Virus record (IMG/VR): IMGVR_UViG_3300025585_000044
Span: 1-62,316 of that record
Reading direction: 5' to 3' (one strand)
Origin: a virus
Taxonomy: Duplodnaviria; Caudoviricetes
DNA length: 62,316 nucleotides
Of the stretch, positions 19,415 through 28,305 are shown piece after piece (positions within the stretch are counted from its first letter, which is position 1; every line of letters begins with the position of its first letter). The notes beneath the pieces are model-generated. The model did no database searches, had not been told where the DNA came from, and worked only from the letters and a program-made list of their open reading frames with translations. The position numbers were made by a program, and so were the translations under genes.

Positions 19415-21034
19415 CTATACTGGATAGAGCGGCTCCTCCTCAGAGCCGCGATGCAGCATACTATCGTTGAGCTCTGCGGTAAATTCCGCCCCGCGCACAA
19501 GCAGCCCGAGCTCCCGAAGATGGCGCAGCGCCATGCTAACCGTGTCGACAAGATCGTCATGGGCGGCCTTTGGAAACTGCTCGGCCTGCGTAATGACCAT
19601 ATCCGCCCACGACCTGTCTGGCGCGTAGATCAGCCCCTCTTCAAAAAGGTGCTGAACACTGTAGAGCCGCGCAAGCTTGTCCTGCCCCCTTGGATCGATC
19701 AGCTGAACGCCAAAATCGTCGTGACCATAAACGCGTCTGATCTCCTGCGCAACGCTGTGCCCGGCCGCCTTGTTTTCGATCAGCAGCTTGTCGACGCCAT
19801 AGTTCTGCATGGTCTCCCGCACCCTTTCGACGAGCTCATGCAATTCGAGGCGGTCCTGCCAGGCGTAGATCATCATGGCCTTGGGGTGCTCTGGCGTGTA
19901 AGTCCTGGCCATCATAGTCGGAGAGCCATCGACCGTCAGCGCCCGCGTGATCTGCGCCGTCATGTCTCCGCCCGTCCACACACCCCACACTGTCATGGCG
20001 CTTGGGTCGTTTTCCTGCTTAAGGGTGTAGGCCGTATCGAGGGACGCGAGAATGTAATCGAATGGCGGGTAGCTATCGCGATTGTAGCGCTGCCACCAGT
20101 CCCGCTTGATGACGCCGCCGCCGCGCGGCGTTGGCGTTTGCTGCATTTGGCCGGCGAAGGCGTATTCGCCCATGACCCGGCGATCTCGATCTACCACGTC
20201 TTCAGGGAAACGCTGCGGGAAAAGAAGTTCGCCATCCTCTGTTCTCGGGTCCTTGAAGCCCAGCATCGTTTCCTTGGCGGCGGCGGGATCATAAAGCATC
20301 GGCAGGCAAATGTGATCGTAGCCAAGATTGCGGTCGAGGATGACGCCCGAGACATCTTCATGGTGCAGCCTCTGCATAACGGTGACAATCGCGCTGGATT
20401 TCGGATTATTGAGGCGCGTTGGCACTGCCTCCAGAAACCATTCAATGGTTGACGCCCGCATTTGATCAGACGAGGCGCCCTCAACGCTATGCGGGTCGTC
20501 AATGATCACGCGATCACCGCGAGCTCCAGTGATCGACCCGGCGGCGACAGCCTCCCGGAACCCTGTCGACGTCGTCTCAAATTTTGTTTTTGCGTTCTGG
20601 TCGCCGACCAGCTTGACGCGGTCGCCCCACCTCGCCTGATACCACTCCGACATAATCAGGCGCCGCATCTTCATGCTGTCGCGGATGGCGAGGCTTTGGC
20701 TGTGAGATGCGCAAACGTAGCGCAAATGGGGCATATTGCGCGGCCCCCACTCCCACGCCGGCCAGAACACGCCAACAGTGAGGGACTTCATCGTGCCCGG
20801 CGGCACGTTAATTAGCAGGCGATTGTAATGCGCGCCGCTGTCGAACTCGACGCCATCTGTAATGGCCTCAAGATGCTCGCAAATAAAATCAATATGCCAC
20901 CCGTGGACATAATCCTGCCCCGGCTCAAGCACATGCCACGCCTGACGGATGAACTCGGCAAGGCTATCTTCGGCGTCGGCGCGATCAAGTTCGAACTCTT
21001 GCCGGGCGAGATCAATGTGCGGGATATCAAGCAT
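19415..21034 (-). CDS. terL: Terminase large subunit
   Basis: Walker A-like NVPPGTMKS, Walker B IIDDPH, MQRLH, nuclease DTAY...IENKAAG...HDDLVD. Confidence 0.95.
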   Translation of the reverse strand: MLDIPHIDLARQEFELDRADAEDSLAEFIRQAWHVLEPGQDYVHGWHIDFICEHLEAITDGVEFDSGAHYNRLLINVPPGTMKSLTVGVFWPAWEWGPRNMPHLRYVCASHSQSLAIRDSMKMRRLIMSEWYQARWGDRVKLVGDQNAKTKFETTSTGFREAVAAGSITGARGDRVIIDDPHSVEGASSDQMRASTIEWFLEAVPTRLNNPKSSAIVTVMQRLHHEDVSGVILDRNLGYDHICLPMLYDPAAAKETMLGFKDPRTEDGELLFPQRFPEDVVDRDRRVMGEYAFAGQMQQTPTPRGGGVIKRDWWQRYNRDSYPPFDYILASLDTAYTLKQENDPSAMTVWGVWTGGDMTAQITRALTVDGSPTMMARTYTPEHPKAMMIYAWQDRLELHELVERVRETMQNYGVDKLLIENKAAGHSVAQEIRRVYGHDDFGVQLIDPRGQDKLARLYSVQHLFEEGLIYAPDRSWADMVITQAEQFPKAAHDDLVDTVSMALRHLRELGLLVRGAEFTAELNDSMLHRGSEEEPLYPV

Positions 21035-21039
21035 CGGGC

Positions 21040-21336
21040 CTAATTAAGCGTCGCCTCATCGTCGGCCCATGATGTCAAGTGGAACTCGTCGGCGCCAGCC
21101 ATTATTACGGCAACGGATTTGTTAAAAATATGCAAGGCCTCTGAGGCTTCATCGCATGATTGAAAATGCCTCGAAAGAACATTTGTTATCACGCATGCAA
21201 TGGCATTAATCTCTTCAGGTCCCGGCTCAAGATGAGCCGCCATAATGTCCATGATGCCGCCAACAACAATCTCCATTTTTTTTGCGTAGGCTCTAAACTC
21301 CTCGGAGCAATTGTTTGCGTCGCTGCATTTAAGCAT
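21040..21336 (-). CDS. Hypothetical protein
   Basis: ORF between the terminase subunits; start MLKCS overlaps the terS stop. Confidence 0.5.
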   Translation of the reverse strand: MLKCSDANNCSEEFRAYAKKMEIVVGGIMDIMAAHLEPGPEEINAIACVITNVLSRHFQSCDEASEALHIFNKSVAVIMAGADEFHLTSWADDEATLN

Positions 21337-21799
21337 TTTTCTTCTCCGATCTTGCCGCCTCAATCATTGATCGCAACGCGGCGCGCTGATCGGCGTCAAG
21401 CTTCCGCGCGTCTATCACCTGCGACTGAACCTGCAACGGCGACCCGTTCGGGCCGCTGACTTCCGTCACCTGCTTATCAGTGTAATCCTCGCGGAACCGC
21501 GACGCCACGCTCTTCAACCAAATCTGCGCATTGAAGTTTTTATTGCTGACATTTTCCTGCGCCGCATTCTCCCACCAGCACTGCGAGTGAGCCTTCGCGC
21601 GTGCGAGAGCTGTGCGGAACTCTTCGTGCGCCTCTTCCCACCTGTAAATGCTGGCTTTATCAACATCAAACGCAGAAGCAATCTGCGCGATGCTCTTTCC
21701 TTCTTTCCCCAGCTCTATGACGCGCTCGCAGTATTCCGGCAAATACTTTGATGGGCGCCCGGTTTTGTTTTTAACCGTCTTCTCGTCGCTCATCGTCAT
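21329..21799 (-). CDS. terS: Terminase small subunit
   Basis: GRPSKY + HTH (..IASAFDVDKASIYRW...EEF) and SGPNGSPL motif; upstream of terL. Confidence 0.85.
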   Translation of the reverse strand: MTMSDEKTVKNKTGRPSKYLPEYCERVIELGKEGKSIAQIASAFDVDKASIYRWEEAHEEFRTALARAKAHSQCWWENAAQENVSNKNFNAQIWLKSVASRFREDYTDKQVTEVSGPNGSPLQVQSQVIDARKLDADQRAALRSMIEAARSEKKNA

Positions 21800-21841
21800 C
21801 TCGCATTTAATCCGGGGGCGCGAGGCCCCCGGCCCACGATC

Positions 21842-22165
21842 CTAGAACTCTTCCGCCTCATCACCGTCAAGATCCACAGGCGTCCGGATGGAGCTGGAAT
21901 ATTGGCTGGCGGCCGCATTGCCCAATGGCGTCCCCGCAAGCATGCCGAGGGCATCCATATAAACAGACAAGAGGGCTTGCTCCTCGGCCCTCTTTGAGGC
22001 GTCTTTCTTCCTCAGGCCCAAAACCTGTTTCAGGATTTTCGGGTCGAACCCGGCTCCCTTCGCCTCGGCAAAAATATCCTTGATGTCGTTTGCAATCGCG
22101 GCCTTTTCTTCCTCAAGCTTTTCGATGCGCTCCACAATACTCTTAAGCTGGTTGTTCGCTGACAT
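21842..22165 (-). CDS. gapR: GapR-like (DUF2312) DNA-binding protein
   Basis: QLKSIVERIEKLEEEKAAIANDIKDIFAEAKG.GFD.KIL...L..YM.ALGM. Confidence 0.85.
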   Translation of the reverse strand: MSANNQLKSIVERIEKLEEEKAAIANDIKDIFAEAKGAGFDPKILKQVLGLRKKDASKRAEEQALLSVYMDALGMLAGTPLGNAAASQYSSSIRTPVDLDGDEAEEF

Positions 22166-22358
22166 TTATGACCCCCAGGTATTCAGCTGCTATTACCGCC
22201 AAAAACTCGGCCTGAAGCCGACAAAAATCACAACTTGCGGGACACGGCTGGCTTGGCTCCCTCAGGGCCAGTCTGCCGCATCCGTCCTGATCCCGATCTA
22301 TTCCAACGCCAAAGGCGCAGATGCCGGCAGCGAGGATGTCAATTAGTCCGTCATCCAT
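22143..22358 (-). CDS. Hypothetical protein
   Basis: ORF from MDDGL with a Cys motif; start uncertain. Confidence 0.35.
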   Translation of the reverse strand: MDDGLIDILAAGICAFGVGIDRDQDGCGRLALREPSQPCPASCDFCRLQAEFLAVIAAEYLGVINVSEQPA

Positions 22359-22425
22359 TGTCAAGCGCCTCAAAGCCATAAAGGTCAACATGATGCGCGA
22401 AAATGGCAAAAAATGCAATTTCCCG

Positions 22426-22455
22426 TTGACACGCCCGGGATGCCGCACTTAGTAT
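22426..22455 (+). promoter_or_regulatory. sigma70-like promoter at the strand switch
   Basis: TTGACA-18-TAGTAT. Confidence 0.5.
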
Positions 22456-22687
22456 GAATTTTCCTCAGTCGGGGAATGTTCAATGAAGATGATCGACTTC
22501 ATGAGGTGGTGCATAAAGTTTGACCATGAGGGATACAACGTCATCGGGACTGCAAAGGAAATTGTAATTTTTGGCCAGCGCGGCAAGCTCGTTATTCCGT
22601 ATGGCGAAATCTACAACTTCAGCTTCAGCAGACTGAAATCGGAGGTTCGGGCGCTCCACCCGGTGCCGCACAAAGGAGACGGGAAAA

Positions 22688-23014
22688 ATGAGCAAACAGG
22701 GTCGGAAGAAGTCAGAGACGCTGGAGGAGCTGGAGGCGAAAATAGAGGCAATAGTGGCGCAGGCGGAGAGGGAGGAGGAGGCGCGGCGTCACCTGGGCCG
22801 GCTCGTCGCCGTGAGGGACAATGCGGTGCTGGGCGTTCGGAGGATGGCGGAGAGGCTGGAGAAAAACCCCTCTGACTATGAGGCGGCAAGCAGAATATAC
22901 GAGTGGATGGCGGAATACGTCAGAGTTCAATTGGAAATAGAGCCAACATTTGGAGAGAAACATGACAGCGATATCGAGAAGCAAGACCCTGGGCCAAATC
23001 TACCTGCAAAATAA
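22688..23014 (+). CDS. Hypothetical protein
   Basis: 108 aa, helical; AAGGAG upstream. Confidence 0.5.
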   Translation: MSKQGRKKSETLEELEAKIEAIVAQAEREEEARRHLGRLVAVRDNAVLGVRRMAERLEKNPSDYEAASRIYEWMAEYVRVQLEIEPTFGEKHDSDIEKQDPGPNLPAK

Positions 23015-23201
23015 AATTGACCCAAAATTCCAGAAGGCGAGAAACGACTTTCTCAAGCGGCTGGAAGAAGACCCGGACTACCGCAAAATCATCGAAGGCA
23101 AGCGGGCGTTTGGGCAGGCGCGTCGGCGGGCAAGAGAAAAGGGCGTCACACTCCCCAAAGTGACGTGGCTGGACAGGCCTGATATTTCTCTGACCCCTTG
23201 A
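22962..23201 (+). CDS. Hypothetical basic protein
   Basis: MTAISRSK..; RBS GGAG. Confidence 0.5.
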   Translation: MTAISRSKTLGQIYLQNKIDPKFQKARNDFLKRLEEDPDYRKIIEGKRAFGQARRRAREKGVTLPKVTWLDRPDISLTP

Positions 23202-23227
23202 CAGGTAGAAGTTACTTCCTGTATCAA
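23198..23227 (+). promoter_or_regulatory. Early promoter with operator-like spacer
   Basis: TTGACA-ggtagaagttacttcctg-TATCAA. Confidence 0.55.
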
Positions 23228-23271
23228 GAGGGGGCGTCGCAAGGCGCCCCCTTATTTCATGGAGATAGAAC

Positions 23272-24798
23272 ATGGCATTTGTAGCATCGCCGCAGCAGGC
23301 GGCTTTTCTGGATTGGGTCGTCAAGGGCAAGGGGTCCTGCGTCCTTGAGGCTGTGGCGGGCGCCGGCAAAACAACGACGCTGATTGAGGCGGTTGAGCGG
23401 GCGGAGGGGTCTGTCGCATTGCTTGCCTACAACAAGAAAATTGCCGACGAAATCAGCGGCAAGCTGGCGGCTCGCAACGTAGACTGGAAGAAGGCGAAGG
23501 CCGGAACAGTGCATTCGTTTGGCCTCTCGGCCTACAAAAAGACCTTCCCGAGGGTCAAGGTTGAGGGGCTGAAGGTGACAAACCTTATCGCCGAAGCCGG
23601 CAAGAGCGTTTACCCGGATCACGTCGTGCGCGTGTATTCCGAAGTCGTCGCCTCCCTTGTCTCTTTGGCGAAGCAGCGCGCCATTGGCGTCTACGGCGCG
23701 ATTGACGACGAAAGCAAGTGGTTTGACATAATCGATCACTTCGACCTGCTTGGGCGCGAAAAGGAAGACGCCCAGGAGCGCGCCGGAGAAATCGTCAACG
23801 CGGCGATTGATGTCCTCAAGGCTTCTAATACCCGAACCGACGTGATTGATTTTGACGACATGGTTTACCTGCCAGTGCTGCTTAAATTGCGGTTCTGGAC
23901 CTATCCATGGGTGTTCATCGACGAGGCGCAGGACACCAACCCGGCGCGCCGCGCTCTGGTGAAGGCTGTTCTGTCTCCGGGCGGCCGCGTTGTAGCCGTT
24001 GGCGACCGCCGGCAGGCGATCTATGGCTTCACGGGGGCCGACGCTGACGCGCTGGATTTGATCCGCGACGACTTCAACGCCATCGAGCTTCCGCTGACTG
24101 TTACTTATCGGTGTCCGAAGGCGGTCGTTGGGCACGCGCATCAATGGGTCGACCACATTGAGGCGCACGAGGACGCCCCCGAGGGATCGGTTAGCCTGAT
24201 TGACTACTCAGAGCTGCACGCCCGCAATGACCTGACCGGCGGCACAGCAATTTTGTGCCGCAACACCAAGCCGCTCGTTACGCTGGCCTTCAGCCTGATC
24301 CGGGATGGCGTCCCCTGTCGCGTAGAAGGTCGCGACATTGGCAAGGGTCTGATCAAGCTGGCGACCAAGTGGCGGCGGGTGAAGACGCTGCATGGTCTGG
24401 AGGAGGCCGTTGGCGTGTGGTCCGAGACCAATATTATCCGGGCCAAGGCGCGTAATGACGCCGCCGGCGCGCAGTCGATCAAGGATCAGGCTGACACGAT
24501 CCGGGTAATTACGGCAAAGTGCCGCGCGGAGAACCGCGACAGCATCACCGCTGTCGTGGACACTATTCAGGGACTGTTTGAGGATAACGTCGACCGGATG
24601 CTGGTGCTGTCCACTATCCACAAGGCCAAGGGGCGCGAGTGGGACACGGTTTACTGGCTGGACCGCGAGAACACCCTCCCGAGCCGATTTGCGACGCAGC
24701 GTTGGCAATACGATCAGGAAAATAACCTGTGCTACGTGGCGGCAACGAGGGCCAAACAGTCGCTGATAGAGGTGACCGTGCCAAGGTCGGCGGACTAG
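23272..24798 (+). CDS. UvrD/Rep-family SF1 helicase
   Basis: AVAGAGKTT, DEAQD, VGD..QAIYGF.GAD, TYRCP, STIHKAKGREW, YVAATRAK. Confidence 0.92.
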   Translation: MAFVASPQQAAFLDWVVKGKGSCVLEAVAGAGKTTTLIEAVERAEGSVALLAYNKKIADEISGKLAARNVDWKKAKAGTVHSFGLSAYKKTFPRVKVEGLKVTNLIAEAGKSVYPDHVVRVYSEVVASLVSLAKQRAIGVYGAIDDESKWFDIIDHFDLLGREKEDAQERAGEIVNAAIDVLKASNTRTDVIDFDDMVYLPVLLKLRFWTYPWVFIDEAQDTNPARRALVKAVLSPGGRVVAVGDRRQAIYGFTGADADALDLIRDDFNAIELPLTVTYRCPKAVVGHAHQWVDHIEAHEDAPEGSVSLIDYSELHARNDLTGGTAILCRNTKPLVTLAFSLIRDGVPCRVEGRDIGKGLIKLATKWRRVKTLHGLEEAVGVWSETNIIRAKARNDAAGAQSIKDQADTIRVITAKCRAENRDSITAVVDTIQGLFEDNVDRMLVLSTIHKAKGREWDTVYWLDRENTLPSRFATQRWQYDQENNLCYVAATRAKQSLIEVTVPRSAD

Positions 24799-24820
24799 GC
24801 AAATTGTTACCCGTTATTTT

Positions 24821-24850
24821 TCAGGGGGTTCCGGCCCCCTGATTTTTTTT
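24821..24850 (+). terminator. Intrinsic terminator
   Basis: tcagggggttccggccccctga followed by a T-run. Confidence 0.75.
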
Positions 24851-24871
24851 GAGAATATACTAAGATTGTTA

Positions 24872-24901
24872 TTGACAGCAGGAAGAAACTTCCTGTATAA
24901 A
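24872..24901 (+). promoter_or_regulatory. Early promoter with palindromic operator
   Basis: TTGACA-g-caggaag-aaa-cttcctg-TATAAA. Confidence 0.7.
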
Positions 24902-24937
24902 GCGTTCATCGTGATCTTGCATCTTACGGAGATTGAT

Positions 24938-25252
24938 ATGACCGCTTCCAACATCGCCCCGCTCGCCGACGCCTACGCCCTCCTCAAGTTCGAGCAGGAG
25001 AAGATCACCGCCCGCGTTGACGCCGCCCGCAAGGAGCTGCTCGACGCCGCCGGCGACGACGCCGAGGTTTACGGCGACGCGTGCATCGTCGCCATCGACA
25101 CCAAGGCTGGCGCCCGCACGCTCGACAAGGACGCCGCCCTGAACCTGCTGCGCCAGCTCGGCGCCACAGAGGACCAGATCGCCGCCCTCACCAAGGTCGG
25201 CAAGCCCACCAAGGCGCTGCGCGTCAAGCCGCTGCTCGCCAACGTTGCGTAA
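24938..25252 (+). CDS. Hypothetical protein
   Basis: MTASNIAP..; RBS GGAG; strongly GC3-biased codons. Confidence 0.7.
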   Translation: MTASNIAPLADAYALLKFEQEKITARVDAARKELLDAAGDDAEVYGDACIVAIDTKAGARTLDKDAALNLLRQLGATEDQIAALTKVGKPTKALRVKPLLANVA

Positions 25253-25321
25253 GGTCGAAACGGGGCCCCGGCCCCGTCAGCCCGTAAGGCGGGCTCTGAT
25301 GAGACCATGATGGAGATTAAA

Positions 25322-25465
25322 GTGGAAGAGATCGTCTACAGCGAAGGCCACTATGCCTACAAGGACTGCGTCCGTTGCTCGGACAATCCTTACGTCGGCG
25401 TCAGCGAAAAGCTGGCGAGGATATGGGAAGACGCGTGGTGGGACACGTTTTACGAGGATCAATGA
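25322..25465 (+). CDS. Small Rmf/CrpP-fold-like protein (not in ORF track)
   Basis: GTG start after GGAG; EGHYAY...NPY......W..AW pattern; 47 aa. Confidence 0.45.
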   Translation: MEEIVYSEGHYAYKDCVRCSDNPYVGVSEKLARIWEDAWWDTFYEDQ

Positions 25466-25502
25466 TCCTTCTTCAAAATGCCTGTAACATGGAGACAGAA
25501 AC

Positions 25503-26096
25503 ATGCCTGCAATAGACATCAATCTTCTGAAGGCGGCGGCGACCGTCTGCGGCAAGGAAGAAACCAGATATTATTTGAACGGGGTCTGCGTGGATGCGCG
25601 CGTCGACGACATCACATGCGTCGCAACCGACGGCCACCGCATCGCCGCCTTCAATGACAAGGCGACGTGGGACGAAGGCGAGGAGCCGACGCCCTTTGTG
25701 ATCATCATCCCCTCGGAGATCGTGGCGGAGATCAAAATATTCAAACCCGTCCCATATGGGACAATCACGCCGGCCGCTGACGGCAAGTATCTGCTGCAGT
25801 ATTGCGGCCGGGATTACCTGTTCCGCCCGATTGATGCGACGTTCCCGGACTGGCGCCGCATCATCCCGAACGGGGTCAACGGCGAGACAGCGCAATTCAA
25901 CCCGCGGTATCTCGCCGACTTCGGCAAGATCGCGAAGGCGCTGGGGGACAAGGAGGGGCGCGTTTGCGTCTACCACAACGGCCTTAGTCCGGCTCCCGTC
26001 TACTTCCCCGGCGTCGACGGCGTCAGCTACGTGTGCGCCGTAATGCCCCACCGCCTGAGCGCGCCTGAATATGAACGCCCTGATTGGACGAAATAA
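25503..26096 (+). CDS. DNA polymerase III beta-clamp-like protein (short)
   Basis: ETRYYLNGV, VATDGHR, IDATFPDWRRIIP, FNPRYL, VMP. Confidence 0.8.
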   Translation: MPAIDINLLKAAATVCGKEETRYYLNGVCVDARVDDITCVATDGHRIAAFNDKATWDEGEEPTPFVIIIPSEIVAEIKIFKPVPYGTITPAADGKYLLQYCGRDYLFRPIDATFPDWRRIIPNGVNGETAQFNPRYLADFGKIAKALGDKEGRVCVYHNGLSPAPVYFPGVDGVSYVCAVMPHRLSAPEYERPDWTK

Positions 26097-26110
26097 GAGG
26101 AGAAGTCATC

Positions 26111-26362
26111 ATGAGCAGCATTAAAAATATCGATGTTCTGGTGCACGCAGAGGCGTGGTCATCGATCTGGTTCTTTGAACCCGTCACCCCCGAGGCTGAA
26201 GAGTTTTTTGCCGAAAACGTCATTGCCGAGGGGTGGCAGTATCGCGGCAAGTCAATTGCCGTAGATTGCCGCGAGGGGGAGCATCTCGCGATATGGCTTT
26301 GCAAAAACGGGTATCATCTGTTTAATCCGCGATACGGGGAGCATAAGCAAAATGCCAATTAA
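26111..26362 (+). CDS. Hypothetical protein
   Basis: ORF with GGAG RBS in the early operon. Confidence 0.55.
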   Translation: MSSIKNIDVLVHAEAWSSIWFFEPVTPEAEEFFAENVIAEGWQYRGKSIAVDCREGEHLAIWLCKNGYHLFNPRYGEHKQNAN

Positions 26363-26594
26363 TGTCGACTGGAACGCAACGGCATACTTTCCGCCGCAGG
26401 AGCCGGATCGCCCCGAAATCACCGCCGGGCAAAGATATGAGATGGCGGATGAATTGTTTGCCTCAATTGACAAAACGCTGAAGCGCCGCGGGGTGTCGAT
26501 AGTCCCCGGATCAGTGCATGAAGCAAGGGTGATGGAACTTGTGTTCGGCATTTTGGCGATGGTCACCACAATACAACGCCATGGGGGAGCATGA
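26352..26594 (+). CDS. Hypothetical protein
   Basis: 80 aa, coupled to its neighbours. Confidence 0.55.
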   Translation: MPINVDWNATAYFPPQEPDRPEITAGQRYEMADELFASIDKTLKRRGVSIVPGSVHEARVMELVFGILAMVTTIQRHGGA

Positions 26595-26700
26595 TGGCTA
26601 TGGTTCTTGCTACGCTACTGGTCACCGTCGGCTTTCTGGTCGGCGGGGGCCTCATCGCCTTCATCATTGTTTGGGCCGTCATAAAAGCGGGAGACAGAAA

Positions 26701-26967
26701 ATGAGCGCCGTTTATCCATGGGCTAAATTTTACTCTGAAGAGGATTGCCGCCTCGATCCATGCTGGGAGGTCAACCCGGTGTTGTGGGGCGTTTTTTGCC
26801 GGCTATCAAAACGCGACCCGGCGTCAACGTCGCCAAACTGGACGGAGCTCGATTGCGCCAGATACGTTCACGAGAAGCTGAGACGCGTGGAGGGCGTAAT
26901 AGAAAGCCGCAGGCAATTTGACGCCGAGGCGCCGGCACGTGTGACGCGCAGATTGCTGCCGGTGTAA
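26701..26967 (+). CDS. Hypothetical protein
   Basis: MSAVYPW.. with GGGAG RBS. Confidence 0.55.
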   Translation: MSAVYPWAKFYSEEDCRLDPCWEVNPVLWGVFCRLSKRDPASTSPNWTELDCARYVHEKLRRVEGVIESRRQFDAEAPARVTRRLLPV

Positions 26968-26969
26968 TC

Positions 26970-27212
26970 ATGCAGCCAATAATGCTTAAACAAAGCATGT
27001 CGGAGCTTGGCCTGTCCAACAGGGATCTTGCGACAATATGCGGGAAGACAGAGCGGCAGGTCACTTCATGGCTGTGCGGCACGCACCCGGTTCCAAGGCT
27101 GGTGGCCGTTCTGGTGCACGGCCTCCGGGAAGACCAGATTGACAGAGACTGGTTGCTGGAAGTTGTTTGCATGGAATTGCGGGCGGAGGCAGATGAAAAT
27201 ACGTCCGCATAA
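26970..27212 (+). CDS. XRE/Cro-like HTH protein
   Basis: LGLSNRDLATICGKTERQVTSWLCG.HPVP. Confidence 0.75.
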   Translation: MQPIMLKQSMSELGLSNRDLATICGKTERQVTSWLCGTHPVPRLVAVLVHGLREDQIDRDWLLEVVCMELRAEADENTSA

Positions 27213-27241
27213 AAAGAGGGCCCCGCAAGGGGCCCTTTTTG
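27211..27241. terminator. Bidirectional terminator at convergent operons
   Basis: aaaaagagggcccc-gcaa-ggggcccttttt with a GNRA loop. Confidence 0.8.
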
Positions 27242-27574
27242 TTACAGCGGGTCGAAGCGAACATACTCCCGCGTCAGCCTCGCGTGGCTGCTTCGCTGCG
27301 TCATCGGCCTCACTTTGCCGGTCCATTGCAGCCAATTTTTATTTTTAACGGCATACATGATCACGGCGCCCCACGCATTGGGGTGGCCGGGATTTGGCAG
27401 GCCGTCCTCCACTGCCAGCCGGCGGATGTCCTCGCCCGTGCCGACCCAGCCCTGGGGCAGCCGGTTCTCGATGAAGTCCAGAACATGTGTGCGCCAGATG
27501 GCGTTTTTATTCAGGACGGCGTCGAGGGCGTCATCCCTCGCCTGCCGCCCGATTGTTGCGTCGTCAGTCATCAA
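27242..27574 (-). CDS. Hypothetical protein
   Basis: 110 aa with TGEDIR...P.HPNAWGA...SH.R motif. Confidence 0.6.
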   Translation of the reverse strand: MMTDDATIGRQARDDALDAVLNKNAIWRTHVLDFIENRLPQGWVGTGEDIRRLAVEDGLPNPGHPNAWGAVIMYAVKNKNWLQWTGKVRPMTQRSSHARLTREYVRFDPL

Positions 27575-27589
27575 GCAATCCTTGACTAC

Positions 27590-28264
27590 TCAGAATGGAA
27601 CGCTGTCGTCTTCAAAATTCATGACGTCGTCAATCGGGGCCCTGACGTCAAAGATGCCGTGCGTGTCGATCCCCTCCATTGCGGCGAACGGGTCCTTGAT
27701 GGCTCCGGCCGTCCTGGCCACTGTGGCCCCCGGAAACGCCTCCTTGATCGCGCAAACGTCGGAGAGGTAGGGTAGTAGCTTGCCTATCTCTTCAAGGTCA
27801 TAGACGACCACGTAGCGCCCGTCTGCGGCCACAAACTGAAGCGCCTCCGGCTCGCGGACAATGGCCGCCACCCGGCCGTCGTCAAGGGTGACCTCCCAGA
27901 CGCTCGGGTGGATTGGTTTCTTGCCGGCTATGGAGGCGAGCTCGTCGCATCTCCGGAGCGCCTTGACCATCATGCCGGCTTCGCGCCTGAGGTCCTCCAG
28001 CTGGCCCTCCCACAGAGCCTGCAAATAGAGATACCTTTGCCGGTCGTATTTCTCCCGGATGTCCGGGTCGACAGCCAGCCGCAAACGCCCCCGCCCCCAC
28101 TTGCGGTCCATCTCAAGGGTGACGAGATCCACCTCGTCGACCCACTCCTGTCCGGCGAGATACATGCCGGCGGTCTGCTGCCACGGGATAGTCGGGCGGG
28201 TGGAGGAGGCGAAGCCTTTTTCGGCCGCCGGCTTCTGCTTTGATCTGTAACGTCCTGGCGCCAT
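27590..28264 (-). CDS. Conserved hypothetical phage protein
   Basis: 224 aa; MDRKWG.GRL...K..FPGA.V; acidic D-D-x-x-P-F tail; AAGGAG RBS. Confidence 0.65.
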   Translation of the reverse strand: MAPGRYRSKQKPAAEKGFASSTRPTIPWQQTAGMYLAGQEWVDEVDLVTLEMDRKWGRGRLRLAVDPDIREKYDRQRYLYLQALWEGQLEDLRREAGMMVKALRRCDELASIAGKKPIHPSVWEVTLDDGRVAAIVREPEALQFVAADGRYVVVYDLEEIGKLLPYLSDVCAIKEAFPGATVARTAGAIKDPFAAMEGIDTHGIFDVRAPIDDVMNFEDDSVPF

Positions 28265-28305
28265 GTCATGTTCTCCTTATGGGGATTATTCGCCTTTTAT
28301 GGGGA

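Noticed and set aside
10872-20815. Long plus-strand ORFs antisense to portal, terminase and polyvalent genes (e.g. 17574-18779, 19451-20452)
   Set aside because: Shadow ORFs of GC-rich coding sequence with no recognisable motifs.
22483-22875. 130-aa ORF after the 22426 promoter
   Set aside because: Its 3' half overlaps the better-supported 22688-23014 ORF with low-complexity sequence; the 5' part may be real but could not be delimited.
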